DNA from: a virus
Strand: one strand, 5' to 3'
Length of the DNA: 50,885 nt
IMG/VR virus record: IMGVR_UViG_3300009528_000004
Positions 32,965-41,407 of this stretch are shown in pieces (the stretch's first letter is position 1; each line of letters starts with the position of its first letter). The position numbers and the translations under genes are program-made. The notes below the pieces were generated by a model. It searched no databases, was not told the origin of the DNA, and saw only the letters and a program-made list of their open reading frames with translations.

Positions 32965-33471
32965 TTGAAAAAAATGGCTTATGTAGAATTTAATATACCT
33001 GCAGGAAGCTGGAATTATCCTCCAGCGAACCCTGCCCCTTTAGAAACAGTCGTGGGTACAAATGGAGAGATGTCAGGACACGCCTTCCATAAAACGACTG
33101 AGGAATTTATCGTATTACAGCCTGCTTTTAGAGTTCCTGCTAATCTTGATGCTGCCGGCACGATTTATTTTTATGTTGAGGGGTTCGCAAAGACTGCCGA
33201 TGGTAATGAAATTCAGTTTAGGTTCTCCTACTCATCAAGAGCTAAAGGCGAAAATTGGGATAGTGCTTATTCTACCGAAGATAGCGGAGATTACGTAACT
33301 GATGCACAGCAAGATGAGCTTGATGAGGTCGCGTGGAGTATGCCAGCAAGTAATCTCACGGCAGGGGACTTGTTAAGGATTATGCTGAGTAGAATAGCGA
33401 TAGATAATGGAAGTATAGTTAATGGTGATTATTACGTAACAAATTTGTGTATCAGAATACCTGTAACCTAG
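32965..33471 (+). CDS. Tail/baseplate-associated protein (about 165 aa), predicted beta-sandwich
   Basis: Position in the tail-tip block. The start may be ATG 32974. Confidence 0.55.
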   Translation: MKKMAYVEFNIPAGSWNYPPANPAPLETVVGTNGEMSGHAFHKTTEEFIVLQPAFRVPANLDAAGTIYFYVEGFAKTADGNEIQFRFSYSSRAKGENWDSAYSTEDSGDYVTDAQQDELDEVAWSMPASNLTAGDLLRIMLSRIAIDNGSIVNGDYYVTNLCIRIPVT

Positions 33472-33480
33472 GATAATTAA

Positions 33481-35055
33481 ATGGCATTACAATTTGTTAC
33501 TGGAAGTAGCCACCGTGTAAGTGCTAATGGTGTTACTTCAGGCAGTGTCTTTGGTGGTGCACATACGATTATTGGTAGAGGTCAATTATCGGCATGGGCT
33601 GCTAACCGAGACATTTTTGCAGCGGCTAATGCTGCGCACAGTTATTCAGCAATCGACTTCAGTAATGGTGACCAAAAACTTCATGCAAGAACTAACACTG
33701 CTGTGGGGGAGAACGTTGTTGATTCAGCAGTTTTTACTAATAATTCTGCCCGCCATCTTTTTGCTATTCTTGTTGACGCTGCTGGACATATAAATCATTT
33801 TTATATTGACCTTGCAGACCAAGGAAACGATTCAACTTTTGCTAATGACCTTTCAGGTCTAGATTGGTTTGATATCGGACAGATACCTTGGAATGGAGAA
33901 GGAGTAAATCCGTGGCACGGTAGAATAGAGGAGGTTCGTGTCTATAATCGTGAGCTGACATTTGCTGAGATAACAATTATATATTATGCCCAAGGCGCAG
34001 ACAATATAGTAAATGGTCTTATAGGGCGTTGGTTGATGAATGAGAAGGCAGATGGACAGGTTGCAGCGGGAGCTAATGTAGTTATAGATATAAGTGGGCA
34101 GGGAAATCACGGGACACCTGCTAATAATCCAGTTTATCGGGGAGCTCCGTTGAAGTTGGTAAGACCGTTTGTAACTATGACACGAATTGCTGAAACGTAT
34201 ACAGAAACTTTGACGAGAAAGTTGGGCTTTGTTCCTTCACACATTTCCGTAGTTGAAAGTTCTTTAACTAAGAAGTTAGGCTTTGTTCCATCGTTTGTTT
34301 TAGGTCCTTATGGGTTAAGTTATACTATGCAACTAGGCTTCGTTCCTTCCCAGGTCTCTACAATTTACGGCGAAAAGATACTAAAGTTAGGGGTAGTACC
34401 TAGTCATATTTCAACTATAACTGCTACTCCCCTGATAAAGAAGCTGGGTTTCGTACCTAGACACGTTTCTACTGCGTATGGAGAGCTATTAAAAAAATTA
34501 GGTTTAGTGCCTTCTCATAGTTCTACTATTTACGGGACAGAGCTGCTCAAATTAGGTTTTGTTCCTGACTACACCTCGATTGTTTATGGACTTTTGACAA
34601 AGAAACTCGGCTTTGTTCCCATTCATATATCGCAAGTTTATAAGTATATTGTAGAGCTGAAATTCTACGACCGAGATGATAACCTAGTTAAGATAATTTC
34701 ATCGAAGACTAAGAACTTTCCGTTAGTGGATCCACCTGGATTAGATTTTCAGTGGTTCAGAGATGGGGGTTGCGGCCCGTTTAGTTTTGCTGTGTCAGAG
34801 GATTTGGGTCTTGAGTATAATTACAAATGCGAGATATATCTGTGGGAGACGAAGTGGTATACGGGTTATATAACGAAACTGCCGCAAGTGGTAGGGACTC
34901 AGATTGTTTTCAATTATGCTGGTTGGGGTTACTCCGAACAGATTGATTGGCAGACAATTAAGGAGACGTATGTGGGTACTGAGCTTTCTGCAATAGCAGA
35001 GGACATATTAGATAATTATATTATTGGCAAAACTAAAGTAAAGAAGGCTGCATAA
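33481..35055 (+). CDS. LamG-like lectin domain, then 8 short repeats, then the N-terminal part of a tail-tip (Tal-like) domain
   Basis: 'WHGRIEEVRVYNRELTFAEI' is a LamG-type signature. Eight 'LGFVPSHIS'-type repeats follow. The C-terminal 'ELKFYDRDDNLVKII...FSFAVSED...' resembles the N-terminus of siphovirus minor structural proteins. Confidence 0.65.
   Translation: MALQFVTGSSHRVSANGVTSGSVFGGAHTIIGRGQLSAWAANRDIFAAANAAHSYSAIDFSNGDQKLHARTNTAVGENVVDSAVFTNNSARHLFAILVDAAGHINHFYIDLADQGNDSTFANDLSGLDWFDIGQIPWNGEGVNPWHGRIEEVRVYNRELTFAEITIIYYAQGADNIVNGLIGRWLMNEKADGQVAAGANVVIDISGQGNHGTPANNPVYRGAPLKLVRPFVTMTRIAETYTETLTRKLGFVPSHISVVESSLTKKLGFVPSFVLGPYGLSYTMQLGFVPSQVSTIYGEKILKLGVVPSHISTITATPLIKKLGFVPRHVSTAYGELLKKLGLVPSHSSTIYGTELLKLGFVPDYTSIVYGLLTKKLGFVPIHISQVYKYIVELKFYDRDDNLVKIISSKTKNFPLVDPPGLDFQWFRDGGCGPFSFAVSEDLGLEYNYKCEIYLWETKWYTGYITKLPQVVGTQIVFNYAGWGYSEQIDWQTIKETYVGTELSAIAEDILDNYIIGKTKVKKAA
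34218..34650 (+). repeat. Eight protein-level repeats of 18-20 aa (K)LGFVP(S/R/D/I)H(I/V)S-x-(I/V)YG
   Basis: Read from the translation. The DNA copies have diverged (mostly synonymous or conservative changes), so this is not a recent duplication. Confidence 0.85.
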
Positions 35056-37193
35056 TGGCATCTAGTAAGATTATAGATACAGGCTATCCATGCGTTGAGT
35101 TAGCGTGGAATAGGAAAAAGGCGAAATCTGTCTTTAATGATTTGAAGGAGATTGCTCAAAATTATAAATGTGGAGTAGATGAGGAGCAGGAATTCTACTT
35201 CCAACCTATCTCTAATACTATTACGAAGCGTTATTGGATAGGTAAGGGTGTAAAACTCTTTGAACCTGATGAGGAAGTTGATCCGATTATCAATGAGTAT
35301 GATGTTTTAGTGGGCCAGATGACTTCCGGAGATAATTATTTGCTGACGGTTAAGGATGATGGAGAAGGTAGCTCGCAAGAAAAGTTTGGGATTCGCAGGG
35401 ATAACTTACAATTGCCTGAGTGCATCCCAGGATTCGGGAGTGATCTAGCTTCAGGTAAAACTCCCACGACAAACCCGGTCGCAGGAACGCCTGCTAACAT
35501 GACCAATGGCAATTCTGAAACAGAGTGGGATAGTGGAGAAAACCAAGAAGCGGAGGATTATATCCAGGTTGATTTGGGAGAGGAGAAAAGTTATCTCGGG
35601 AAAATAAGGGTGGATTCTATAAACTCTGCAAAGGAAAAGAATTACTCGTATGCCGATAGGTTCAAAGTCTTAATCTCTTCGACAGGAGCGTTCACAGGAG
35701 AAGAAACTGAGGTATTTGCCGCAGTGGAGGATTTCGGGACTGCTGATGTGGTAATTACTTTCGTACCGACGACAGGCAGATATATGAGAATAGAATTGAC
35801 GGCGGGGAAGGCGTATCACTGGCGGGTGAACAGATTTGAGGTTTTCGAGTGGCAGGTAGGAGACATTACCCGCTGGGCAATAGATAGGTTAAATAAGACG
35901 AAAGATCCGATTAAACGTGGAGTGCTAGAGTTAGAAGTGTGCTATGAAAAGCTCTGGCCGCAAGGGAAGATTCGGTTGACGTCCCAGGATGGAGGGTCGT
36001 ATTATGATTACCCTCATGTGGCTACGTCTGTTCACGTCGGGACTGAGAGGAAAATAGAAGTACAGCTAGAGTTGGGTGAAGTGAAAAAGAGTGTAGGAGA
36101 CCAAATCCTGGCTCAGAGAAGAATGATAAGTGAATTTGGGATTGCCGGGTTGTCCAGAGATGCTGATTTGTCTAGTGGTGCTGGACTGGGGTTGGGAGGA
36201 ATACTTCATACTCACATTGGAAAAGATTCGATTGAGACGCCTATGCTGAGAGCTGGAAGTATTTATGCAAAGCATTACCACGAACTACGCAATACTTATG
36301 TATTTTCTGACCAAGAATCGCTTGATGCTGCCAAGTCCTTTGAAATGGACTTTGAAATAGTCTCAGAAATGACCGCAATTGTCAATGTTAAATTGTCTTT
36401 TAGAATTAAAGAGTTCAGGGCTTATGCTACTACAGTACCAAGTGGTGGAGGACATACAACTCCTTCAGGTGGAGGACATACTACTCCGTCAGGGGGAGGA
36501 CATACTACTCCAAGCGGCGGAGGAGCGACAAGCGGTGCGAAAGGTTCAGCAAGTGGGGGAGGTAGCACAAGTGGCTATGAAGGGACGCCATCAGGTGGAG
36601 GGAGTACAAGCGGTGGTGGTGGAGCTACAACTCCGACAAGTTCAGTTGATTCAGGCGGATATGCAAGCGTTTGGCGAATACTTCAGGCTTATCTTTCGCA
36701 TGGTGTTGGTGTTGAGCTTCAAGAGGGATGGCTCATACAAGATTATGATACATTAAGTCTAGCTAGTCATACTCACACTCACACGGTAACCCTTAGTAAC
36801 CATACACACTCAACCCCTAACCACACGCATCCCAATCATAGACACTCAACGCCAAACCACACGCATCCTAATCACACGCATACGACACCCGCTCACACTC
36901 ATACAGTATCTAACCATCAACACACAGTATCTAGTCATACTCATACAGTAAGCAATCATACACATAGTCTTACTTTTGGAATTTATGAGGCTTCAACTTC
37001 ACCGACAATTAACGTATATGTTTCCAACGACGGAATCAACTATGGGGACTCTATTGGTGCTTATGAGGCAGACGAATTGGATTTGGTCATCACAGGAATT
37101 AGCGGAGCAGGCTGGAAGCGCATCAAGTTTACTTCTAATGTTCTAGCAAGAATTTCGGCTATTATCATGTGTAAAGTAGATATAACAGCTTAG
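35055..37193 (+). CDS. Tail fibre / receptor-binding protein with discoidin (F5/8 type C)-like domain, Gly-rich linker and HxH-repeat module
   Basis: 'NMTNGNSETEWDSGENQEAEDYIQVDLGE...RYMRIEL' is discoidin-like. 'PSGGGHTT' occurs three times. About 10 HxH motifs. C-terminal 'LTFGIYEAS...'. Confidence 0.75.
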   Translation: MASSKIIDTGYPCVELAWNRKKAKSVFNDLKEIAQNYKCGVDEEQEFYFQPISNTITKRYWIGKGVKLFEPDEEVDPIINEYDVLVGQMTSGDNYLLTVKDDGEGSSQEKFGIRRDNLQLPECIPGFGSDLASGKTPTTNPVAGTPANMTNGNSETEWDSGENQEAEDYIQVDLGEEKSYLGKIRVDSINSAKEKNYSYADRFKVLISSTGAFTGEETEVFAAVEDFGTADVVITFVPTTGRYMRIELTAGKAYHWRVNRFEVFEWQVGDITRWAIDRLNKTKDPIKRGVLELEVCYEKLWPQGKIRLTSQDGGSYYDYPHVATSVHVGTERKIEVQLELGEVKKSVGDQILAQRRMISEFGIAGLSRDADLSSGAGLGLGGILHTHIGKDSIETPMLRAGSIYAKHYHELRNTYVFSDQESLDAAKSFEMDFEIVSEMTAIVNVKLSFRIKEFRAYATTVPSGGGHTTPSGGGHTTPSGGGHTTPSGGGATSGAKGSASGGGSTSGYEGTPSGGGSTSGGGGATTPTSSVDSGGYASVWRILQAYLSHGVGVELQEGWLIQDYDTLSLASHTHTHTVTLSNHTHSTPNHTHPNHRHSTPNHTHPNHTHTTPAHTHTVSNHQHTVSSHTHTVSNHTHSLTFGIYEASTSPTINVYVSNDGINYGDSIGAYEADELDLVITGISGAGWKRIKFTSNVLARISAIIMCKVDITA
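36438..36533 (+). repeat. Tandem 24-bp repeats (4 copies) encoding PSGGG(H/A)TT
   Basis: Copies at 36438, 36462, 36486 and 36510. Confidence 0.9.
36765..36968 (+). repeat. His-x-His repeat module (about 10 HxH motifs with a 6-7 residue period)
   Basis: 'SHTHTHTVTLSNHTHSTPNHTHPNHRHSTPNHTHPNHTHTTPAHTHTVSNHQHTVSSHTHTVSNHTHS'. Confidence 0.9.
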
Positions 37194-37210
37194 AATTTGT
37201 TCTTTGAAAA

Positions 37211-37768
37211 TTAAAATTTATACCCCACTTGCAGTGAAATTCCTCCTTTGTTTGCACAGCTAATTCCAACTGAATTTATTTTGCCCTCAAGAAAGATATT
37301 TTCTCCTAGATTAAAACCAATTACAAAATGCAAACCCAAGCCCGAATCTTTTCGGATATCACGGCGATCTGTGTAAAGATAAGTCACTTCCTGAATCAGG
37401 TGGTGATACTCCAAACCCATGCCCAGATAGATCTCTCTAGTCAAAGTGGGAAAATAGAGAAAACTGAGAGTCATAACGATATCTCTCCAATCTCTATGTA
37501 AATAATTTGTAGTCCAGGCAGAAGATATGTATTCCAATCCCCCAGCAATACCAAACGAACTATTTTCAAGATAAAACAGATAGTCACTACCCACAATGAA
37601 ACCAGAATATCCAAAGAAGTTGTCCCTGTGTGACAATATACCGAATTTTATCCTGAATTCAGGGTCAGACACATTATTCTTTGCTTCCTGAGCAAAACCA
37701 CACAGGTTCATTGATAGAAGTAGCCCTATTACCAAAACTGTAGCCATGCTTATTCTTGTTTTTTTCAT
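37211..37768 (-). CDS. Outer-membrane beta-barrel protein (small OmpX/Lom-like moron)
   Basis: Signal peptide 'MKKTRISMATVLVIGLLLSMNLCGFAQ', alternating amphipathic strands and a C-terminal 'VGYKF'. Opposite strand to all neighbours. 'aaggagg' RBS. Confidence 0.75.
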   Translation of the reverse strand: MKKTRISMATVLVIGLLLSMNLCGFAQEAKNNVSDPEFRIKFGILSHRDNFFGYSGFIVGSDYLFYLENSSFGIAGGLEYISSAWTTNYLHRDWRDIVMTLSFLYFPTLTREIYLGMGLEYHHLIQEVTYLYTDRRDIRKDSGLGLHFVIGFNLGENIFLEGKINSVGISCANKGGISLQVGYKF

Positions 37769-37842
37769 ACTTGAGCCTCCTTTTTAGCTGTATACTATGA
37801 GACTAATATACATTAAAAATAAAAAAAGTCGAGGAGAATCTA

Positions 37843-38007
37843 ATGCGACAAAAACAACTTTTAGAGAAGATTTTGCTAGAACTTCAGAAAATTCATTTTC
37901 ATCAGGATAGAATGGAAGTTTTCTACATGATGGTTCACGACATCAAGGAAGATGGCAAGACTGGAGCTTGGATAGAGAAGGGGGATTCCAAAAGTAAAGA
38001 AGAATAA
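37843..38007 (+). CDS. Small protein (54 aa)
   Basis: 'gaggag' RBS. First gene after the strand switch. Below the ORF-track cutoff. Confidence 0.45.
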   Translation: MRQKQLLEKILLELQKIHFHQDRMEVFYMMVHDIKEDGKTGAWIEKGDSKSKEE

Positions 38008-38022
38008 ATTTAGGAGGTAAAA

Positions 38023-39000
38023 ATGAATAGACCGCATTTGCCGCCTTACAAGGTGGAGAAGTTAAAGGGATTGAGGTTTTTAAGGGAGCTGAGTAATTGG
38101 GCTTTCAGGCACTGGAAGATTAACGAGCTTTGGGAGCACACCCAGGGAGTAGAGGTAAAAGTAGCAGTTCTTGATACAGGTCGTCCAGACCACCAGGATA
38201 TAGAGGTTTTCAAAAGTGTAGATTTTACAGGGGAAGGTGAGATGGACAAGAACGGACACGCCACTTGGGTTTGTGGATGTATAGCCGCTACAAAAGGATT
38301 CCTGGGGCTGGCTCCGAAGTGTAAGCTCTACACGGCCAAAATCTTAGATGATGATGGAATGGGAGCTTGGTTGTGGATGAAAAAAGGCTTAAAGTGGGCT
38401 TTGGCAGAGGGTTGTCAAGTAGTGAATATTTCAGCCGGAGGTGACTACGCCGGCAATGAGATCCAGCCGATTCTGAAGAAGATGGCTGACTTGGGAGTTA
38501 TGATAATCTGTGCTGCAGGAAATAGTGGTACTTTGTTGATTTTTCCGGCTGTTGATCCTAACACGATTGCGATTGGCGCTGTAGATGAAGAGTGGCAAAA
38601 GGCAGCATTCTCTAGTTTTGGCCCGAGACTGATTGCGATGGCCCCGGGAGAAAATCTTCTTGGATGCTGGCTGGACAATGGATATGTCAAAGCTACTGGT
38701 ACCAGTATGGCCTGCCCTGAAGTATCCGGTGTTTTGGTGTTAGAGAGAGAGCTGAGAAGTATGAATTTGAAGGAAGTAGTTGGCAAATTTGCTATTACTT
38801 CTAGGGATATGGAAGGAGAGGGATGGGATCCGCGAACTGGTTGGGGAATCATTGACCCGTTTAAATTTCTCGGCTTTGAAGAGTCCAAAAAGAAGATTAC
38901 TTGGAAGTGGCTTATCGCTCTCCTCATGTTTTTCATATTCTATTTGTTTGGAGTACCGGGTGCAGCGATTAAAAGATTGTCAAAGGAGGGTAAAGTATGA
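38023..39000 (+). CDS. Subtilisin-family (S8) serine protease with C-terminal transmembrane anchor, no signal peptide
   Basis: Asp 'VAVLDTG', His 'NGHATWVCG', Asn 'VVNISAGG', Ser 'GTSMACP'. C-terminal 'WLIALLMFFIFYLFGVPGAAI'. Confidence 0.85.
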   Translation: MNRPHLPPYKVEKLKGLRFLRELSNWAFRHWKINELWEHTQGVEVKVAVLDTGRPDHQDIEVFKSVDFTGEGEMDKNGHATWVCGCIAATKGFLGLAPKCKLYTAKILDDDGMGAWLWMKKGLKWALAEGCQVVNISAGGDYAGNEIQPILKKMADLGVMIICAAGNSGTLLIFPAVDPNTIAIGAVDEEWQKAAFSSFGPRLIAMAPGENLLGCWLDNGYVKATGTSMACPEVSGVLVLERELRSMNLKEVVGKFAITSRDMEGEGWDPRTGWGIIDPFKFLGFEESKKKITWKWLIALLMFFIFYLFGVPGAAIKRLSKEGKV

Positions 39001-39482
39001 AGAAGAAAGTGTTGATCATGGCAAGTATGTTTCTGATGGTGTTTGCCTTATTGGTAGGGATGGTAATGGCTGACACTGCACAGGAGCAGGTTATACAAAA
39101 GGTGAGAAAGGAGCCGGTATCTATTTTTACCTACGTCAATTATACCTGGGACTTTCTCACAGAAGCTGCTAAACGATTCGCCTCGAGTGCGAAGCCTTTA
39201 GTCGTTTTCAATGGTGGTGCACGGATGGGAGGCGAGATCTCAATTTATGAAGAGGATCTGTTTTCAATAACAATGGGGAAGTATTTGAAAGATGATAGGG
39301 AGGATCCGAATACGCTTGAATTTGAACCGGGATGGTTTTACGGAATTGAGTTTATTTTACCTGAGTGGCCACGAAGGACAGACTTAGGAAAAATGTTCTC
39401 TAAATTGAGACCGCAGATCGTATTTCATCAAGGAAATTGCTATTTCGGCTTCAGTTACAAGTTTAGAAATGAGATCGAATAG
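38997..39482 (+). CDS. Secreted or membrane-anchored protein (161 aa)
   Basis: N-terminal 'MKKKVLIMASMFLMVFALLVGMVMA'. ATGA coupling to the protease gene. Confidence 0.6.
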   Translation: MKKKVLIMASMFLMVFALLVGMVMADTAQEQVIQKVRKEPVSIFTYVNYTWDFLTEAAKRFASSAKPLVVFNGGARMGGEISIYEEDLFSITMGKYLKDDREDPNTLEFEPGWFYGIEFILPEWPRRTDLGKMFSKLRPQIVFHQGNCYFGFSYKFRNEIE

Positions 39483-39491
39483 AAAATATAA

Positions 39492-39947
39492 ATGATTTGG
39501 TGGCAGTACGTTTTAGTTTGGTGGGGTATTAAACAAATTCTCAAGAACAAGGAGGCACGAAAAATGTTTAACAAAGCACTGGAAGGTGGACTGTACATAG
39601 CAGAAGCCGTGCTAAGAAATCCATACGTGGATTTCAAGTGGGATATGAGTGATTATCAGCCGGCGTTCGATAAGCTAGACGAGTTCACGGAAGATAAGAA
39701 GTTCACCGATGAGGAATTAGGTGAACTGATTGGGTTGCTTGGTGAAGGGCAGCCCAGGGGAGTCCGTGCTGCATTGTTTGCGGTAGGGGGCTTGTGCAAA
39801 TCTAGGCTCATTAACTTCGAGTGGGGCGTGGATAAGTACCAACCTGTATTTGACCAAGTGAATGTAATGAGAGAGGATGATCACTTCACTGATGAGGAAT
39901 TTGCGGACTTGCTCGAGGTCATAAGGAAAACGCTGATTAAGGAATGA
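39492..39947 (+). CDS. N-terminally anchored protein with an internal 45-aa duplication (holin or lysis-regulator candidate)
   Basis: 'MIWWQYVLVWWGIKQIL' is the TM segment. 'FKWDMSDYQPAFDKLDEFTEDKKFTDEELGELIGLL' is repeated as 'FEWGVDKYQPVFDQVNVMREDDHFTDEEFADLLEVI'. Confidence 0.5.
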   Translation: MIWWQYVLVWWGIKQILKNKEARKMFNKALEGGLYIAEAVLRNPYVDFKWDMSDYQPAFDKLDEFTEDKKFTDEELGELIGLLGEGQPRGVRAALFAVGGLCKSRLINFEWGVDKYQPVFDQVNVMREDDHFTDEEFADLLEVIRKTLIKE

Positions 39948-40360
39948 AGTGGGAACTCATCACCATACACCATTCAGCCTCCCGGGACGTAAGCGTTGAT
40001 ACTATCAGGCGGTGGCATTTAAAAAGAGGCTTTGTGGATGTAGGTTACGCATGGATTGTACGAAAGAATGGAAATTTAGAATATGGGCGTCCTATGACAA
40101 AACAGGGCGCCCATGTGAAATATCACAATTACCGCAATATGGGTATTTGCGTCACCGGGAATTTTACGAAGTATCTGCCATCCGAGGAGCAATACTCGAG
40201 TCTCAGGAGACTTCTTAAATTCCTGTGCTTTGCTTTCCGGATCCCGAAAACTAATATCCTGCTACATAGAGACTTGGCAAACACAGTATGCCCGGGAAAG
40301 TTTTTTGACCTAAAGAAAGTTCTTGAAAATGAACAAAAAAAAGAGAGTGGTGAAGATTGA
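39944..40360 (+). CDS. Endolysin: N-acetylmuramoyl-L-alanine amidase (amidase_2/PGRP type)
   Basis: 'ITIHHSAS', 'GYAWIV', 'GAHVKYHNYRNMGICVTG' and 'HRDLANTVCPG'. Confidence 0.85.
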   Translation: MKWELITIHHSASRDVSVDTIRRWHLKRGFVDVGYAWIVRKNGNLEYGRPMTKQGAHVKYHNYRNMGICVTGNFTKYLPSEEQYSSLRRLLKFLCFAFRIPKTNILLHRDLANTVCPGKFFDLKKVLENEQKKESGED

Positions 40361-40586
40361 ATGGTATGATCCAACTATTCTAATAGCCCCTCCGGAAACA
40401 GAGCTAACGGGAATATACTATCGCGGCTATGGAGAGCTAGAAGAGTTTGACAAAGCGTTTTACTGCCTACGCTTACTCTATCCGGTACCGGCACAAAAGG
40501 AGGGTACTAAGATAGCCAGTATTCTCATACCAAAGGGAGGGGTGAAGTTCATAAGGGAATTAGGAGAGAAACAGAGGGAAAAGTAG
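40323..40586 (+). CDS. Hypothetical protein (87 aa)
   Basis: Last + strand ORF of the lysis block. No hydrophobic segment seen. Confidence 0.45.
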   Translation: MKMNKKKRVVKIEWYDPTILIAPPETELTGIYYRGYGELEEFDKAFYCLRLLYPVPAQKEGTKIASILIPKGGVKFIRELGEKQREK

Positions 40587-40606
40587 TATGAGTAGCTTGT
40601 AGAAGA

Positions 40607-41023
40607 CTAGACACAGGCAAAAGCCTTTTCCGGTAAATGCTTGATTCTTTGGGGCAGGTCACTTTGAATGCTAGGAATTTTTTTGTTTCTTGATTTAACT
40701 TCTTCCAGTAGGATCTCTGACTGTAAAATCTGGGTTATATTTGTCGCAAAACATTCATTCTGCGACCTGCAATCTCTACACTTTTTCCCCTTAAAAGACT
40801 TGTTTTTGAAGAATTGGGGAATGTGCTCGTAGTAATTCAAAAAAATCATTCCTAGCACTTCTTTCACATCCTTGTCAACCATCAGACGAATATTGGGTTC
40901 TAGCTCCAAACAATGGCTAGAAAATTGGTGAGGAACCCTGGTAACATACATAATATCGGCTTCTGAGTCATAATGAAAGCATATTTCATCACCTTTATTC
41001 ATTTCGGGAGCTTCATTTTTCAT
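40607..41023 (-). CDS. DUF2283-like protein with Cys-containing C-terminal extension (antitoxin-like candidate)
   Basis: 'FHYDSEADIMYVTRV...VDKDVKEVLGMIFLNY' fits the DUF2283 pattern. ATGA overlap with the upstream gene. Confidence 0.6.
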   Translation of the reverse strand: MKNEAPEMNKGDEICFHYDSEADIMYVTRVPHQFSSHCLELEPNIRLMVDKDVKEVLGMIFLNYYEHIPQFFKNKSFKGKKCRDCRSQNECFATNITQILQSEILLEEVKSRNKKIPSIQSDLPQRIKHLPEKAFACV

Positions 41024-41379
41024 GACTTCCTCCGTAAATGCTTAAATGATATTGCTATCCCTCTCAAAAAGTCTACGTGGATGATACAATATTTATCGCA
41101 TTCTTTGAGCTCGGCAACAACTTCCAGGGGAAGTTTTGTAGGAAAGTTCTTAACATATCTAATCTTCCTTTTTGCGATTGCATGGTAGGGTTGTGTTTCC
41201 ACAATATCGAGGATATCCTCATACCTCTCCCAGAGATCCGGGTGATGTTCAAGGATGGTATTCTTCCAAAGGCCCCGAGCCAGATGAATCACCTTGCCAT
41301 CCTTATATTCGTGGCTATAGATTATCCTTCCATATTTACTACAGTTTCTTCCTCTTTGGAACGGCTTACTTTTGCTCAA
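41020..41379 (-). CDS. Hypothetical protein (119 aa), toxin-like candidate
   Basis: First gene of a two-gene cassette with its own consensus promoter. 'ILEHHPDLWERYEDILDIVETQPY' resembles the H..HP....I...I..P block seen in small nuclease-type toxins. This is recognition only. Confidence 0.5.
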   Translation of the reverse strand: MSKSKPFQRGRNCSKYGRIIYSHEYKDGKVIHLARGLWKNTILEHHPDLWERYEDILDIVETQPYHAIAKRKIRYVKNFPTKLPLEVVAELKECDKYCIIHVDFLRGIAISFKHLRRKS

Positions 41380-41407
41380 TCTCTTCTGCCACGGTTAGTC
41401 TATTTTG

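Noticed and set aside
36379-36756. Alternative-frame ORF (125 aa) across the Gly-rich repeat of the fibre gene.
   Set aside because: It is an artefact of the GGN-rich tandem repeat being open in more than one frame. The main frame continues into conserved fibre domains on both sides.
33481-37193. Diversity-generating retroelement targeting the lectin or fibre genes (repeats plus a lectin-like domain).
   Set aside because: There is no reverse transcriptase gene anywhere in the genome and no template/variable repeat pair with adenine-specific differences. The repeats are in-frame protein repeats.
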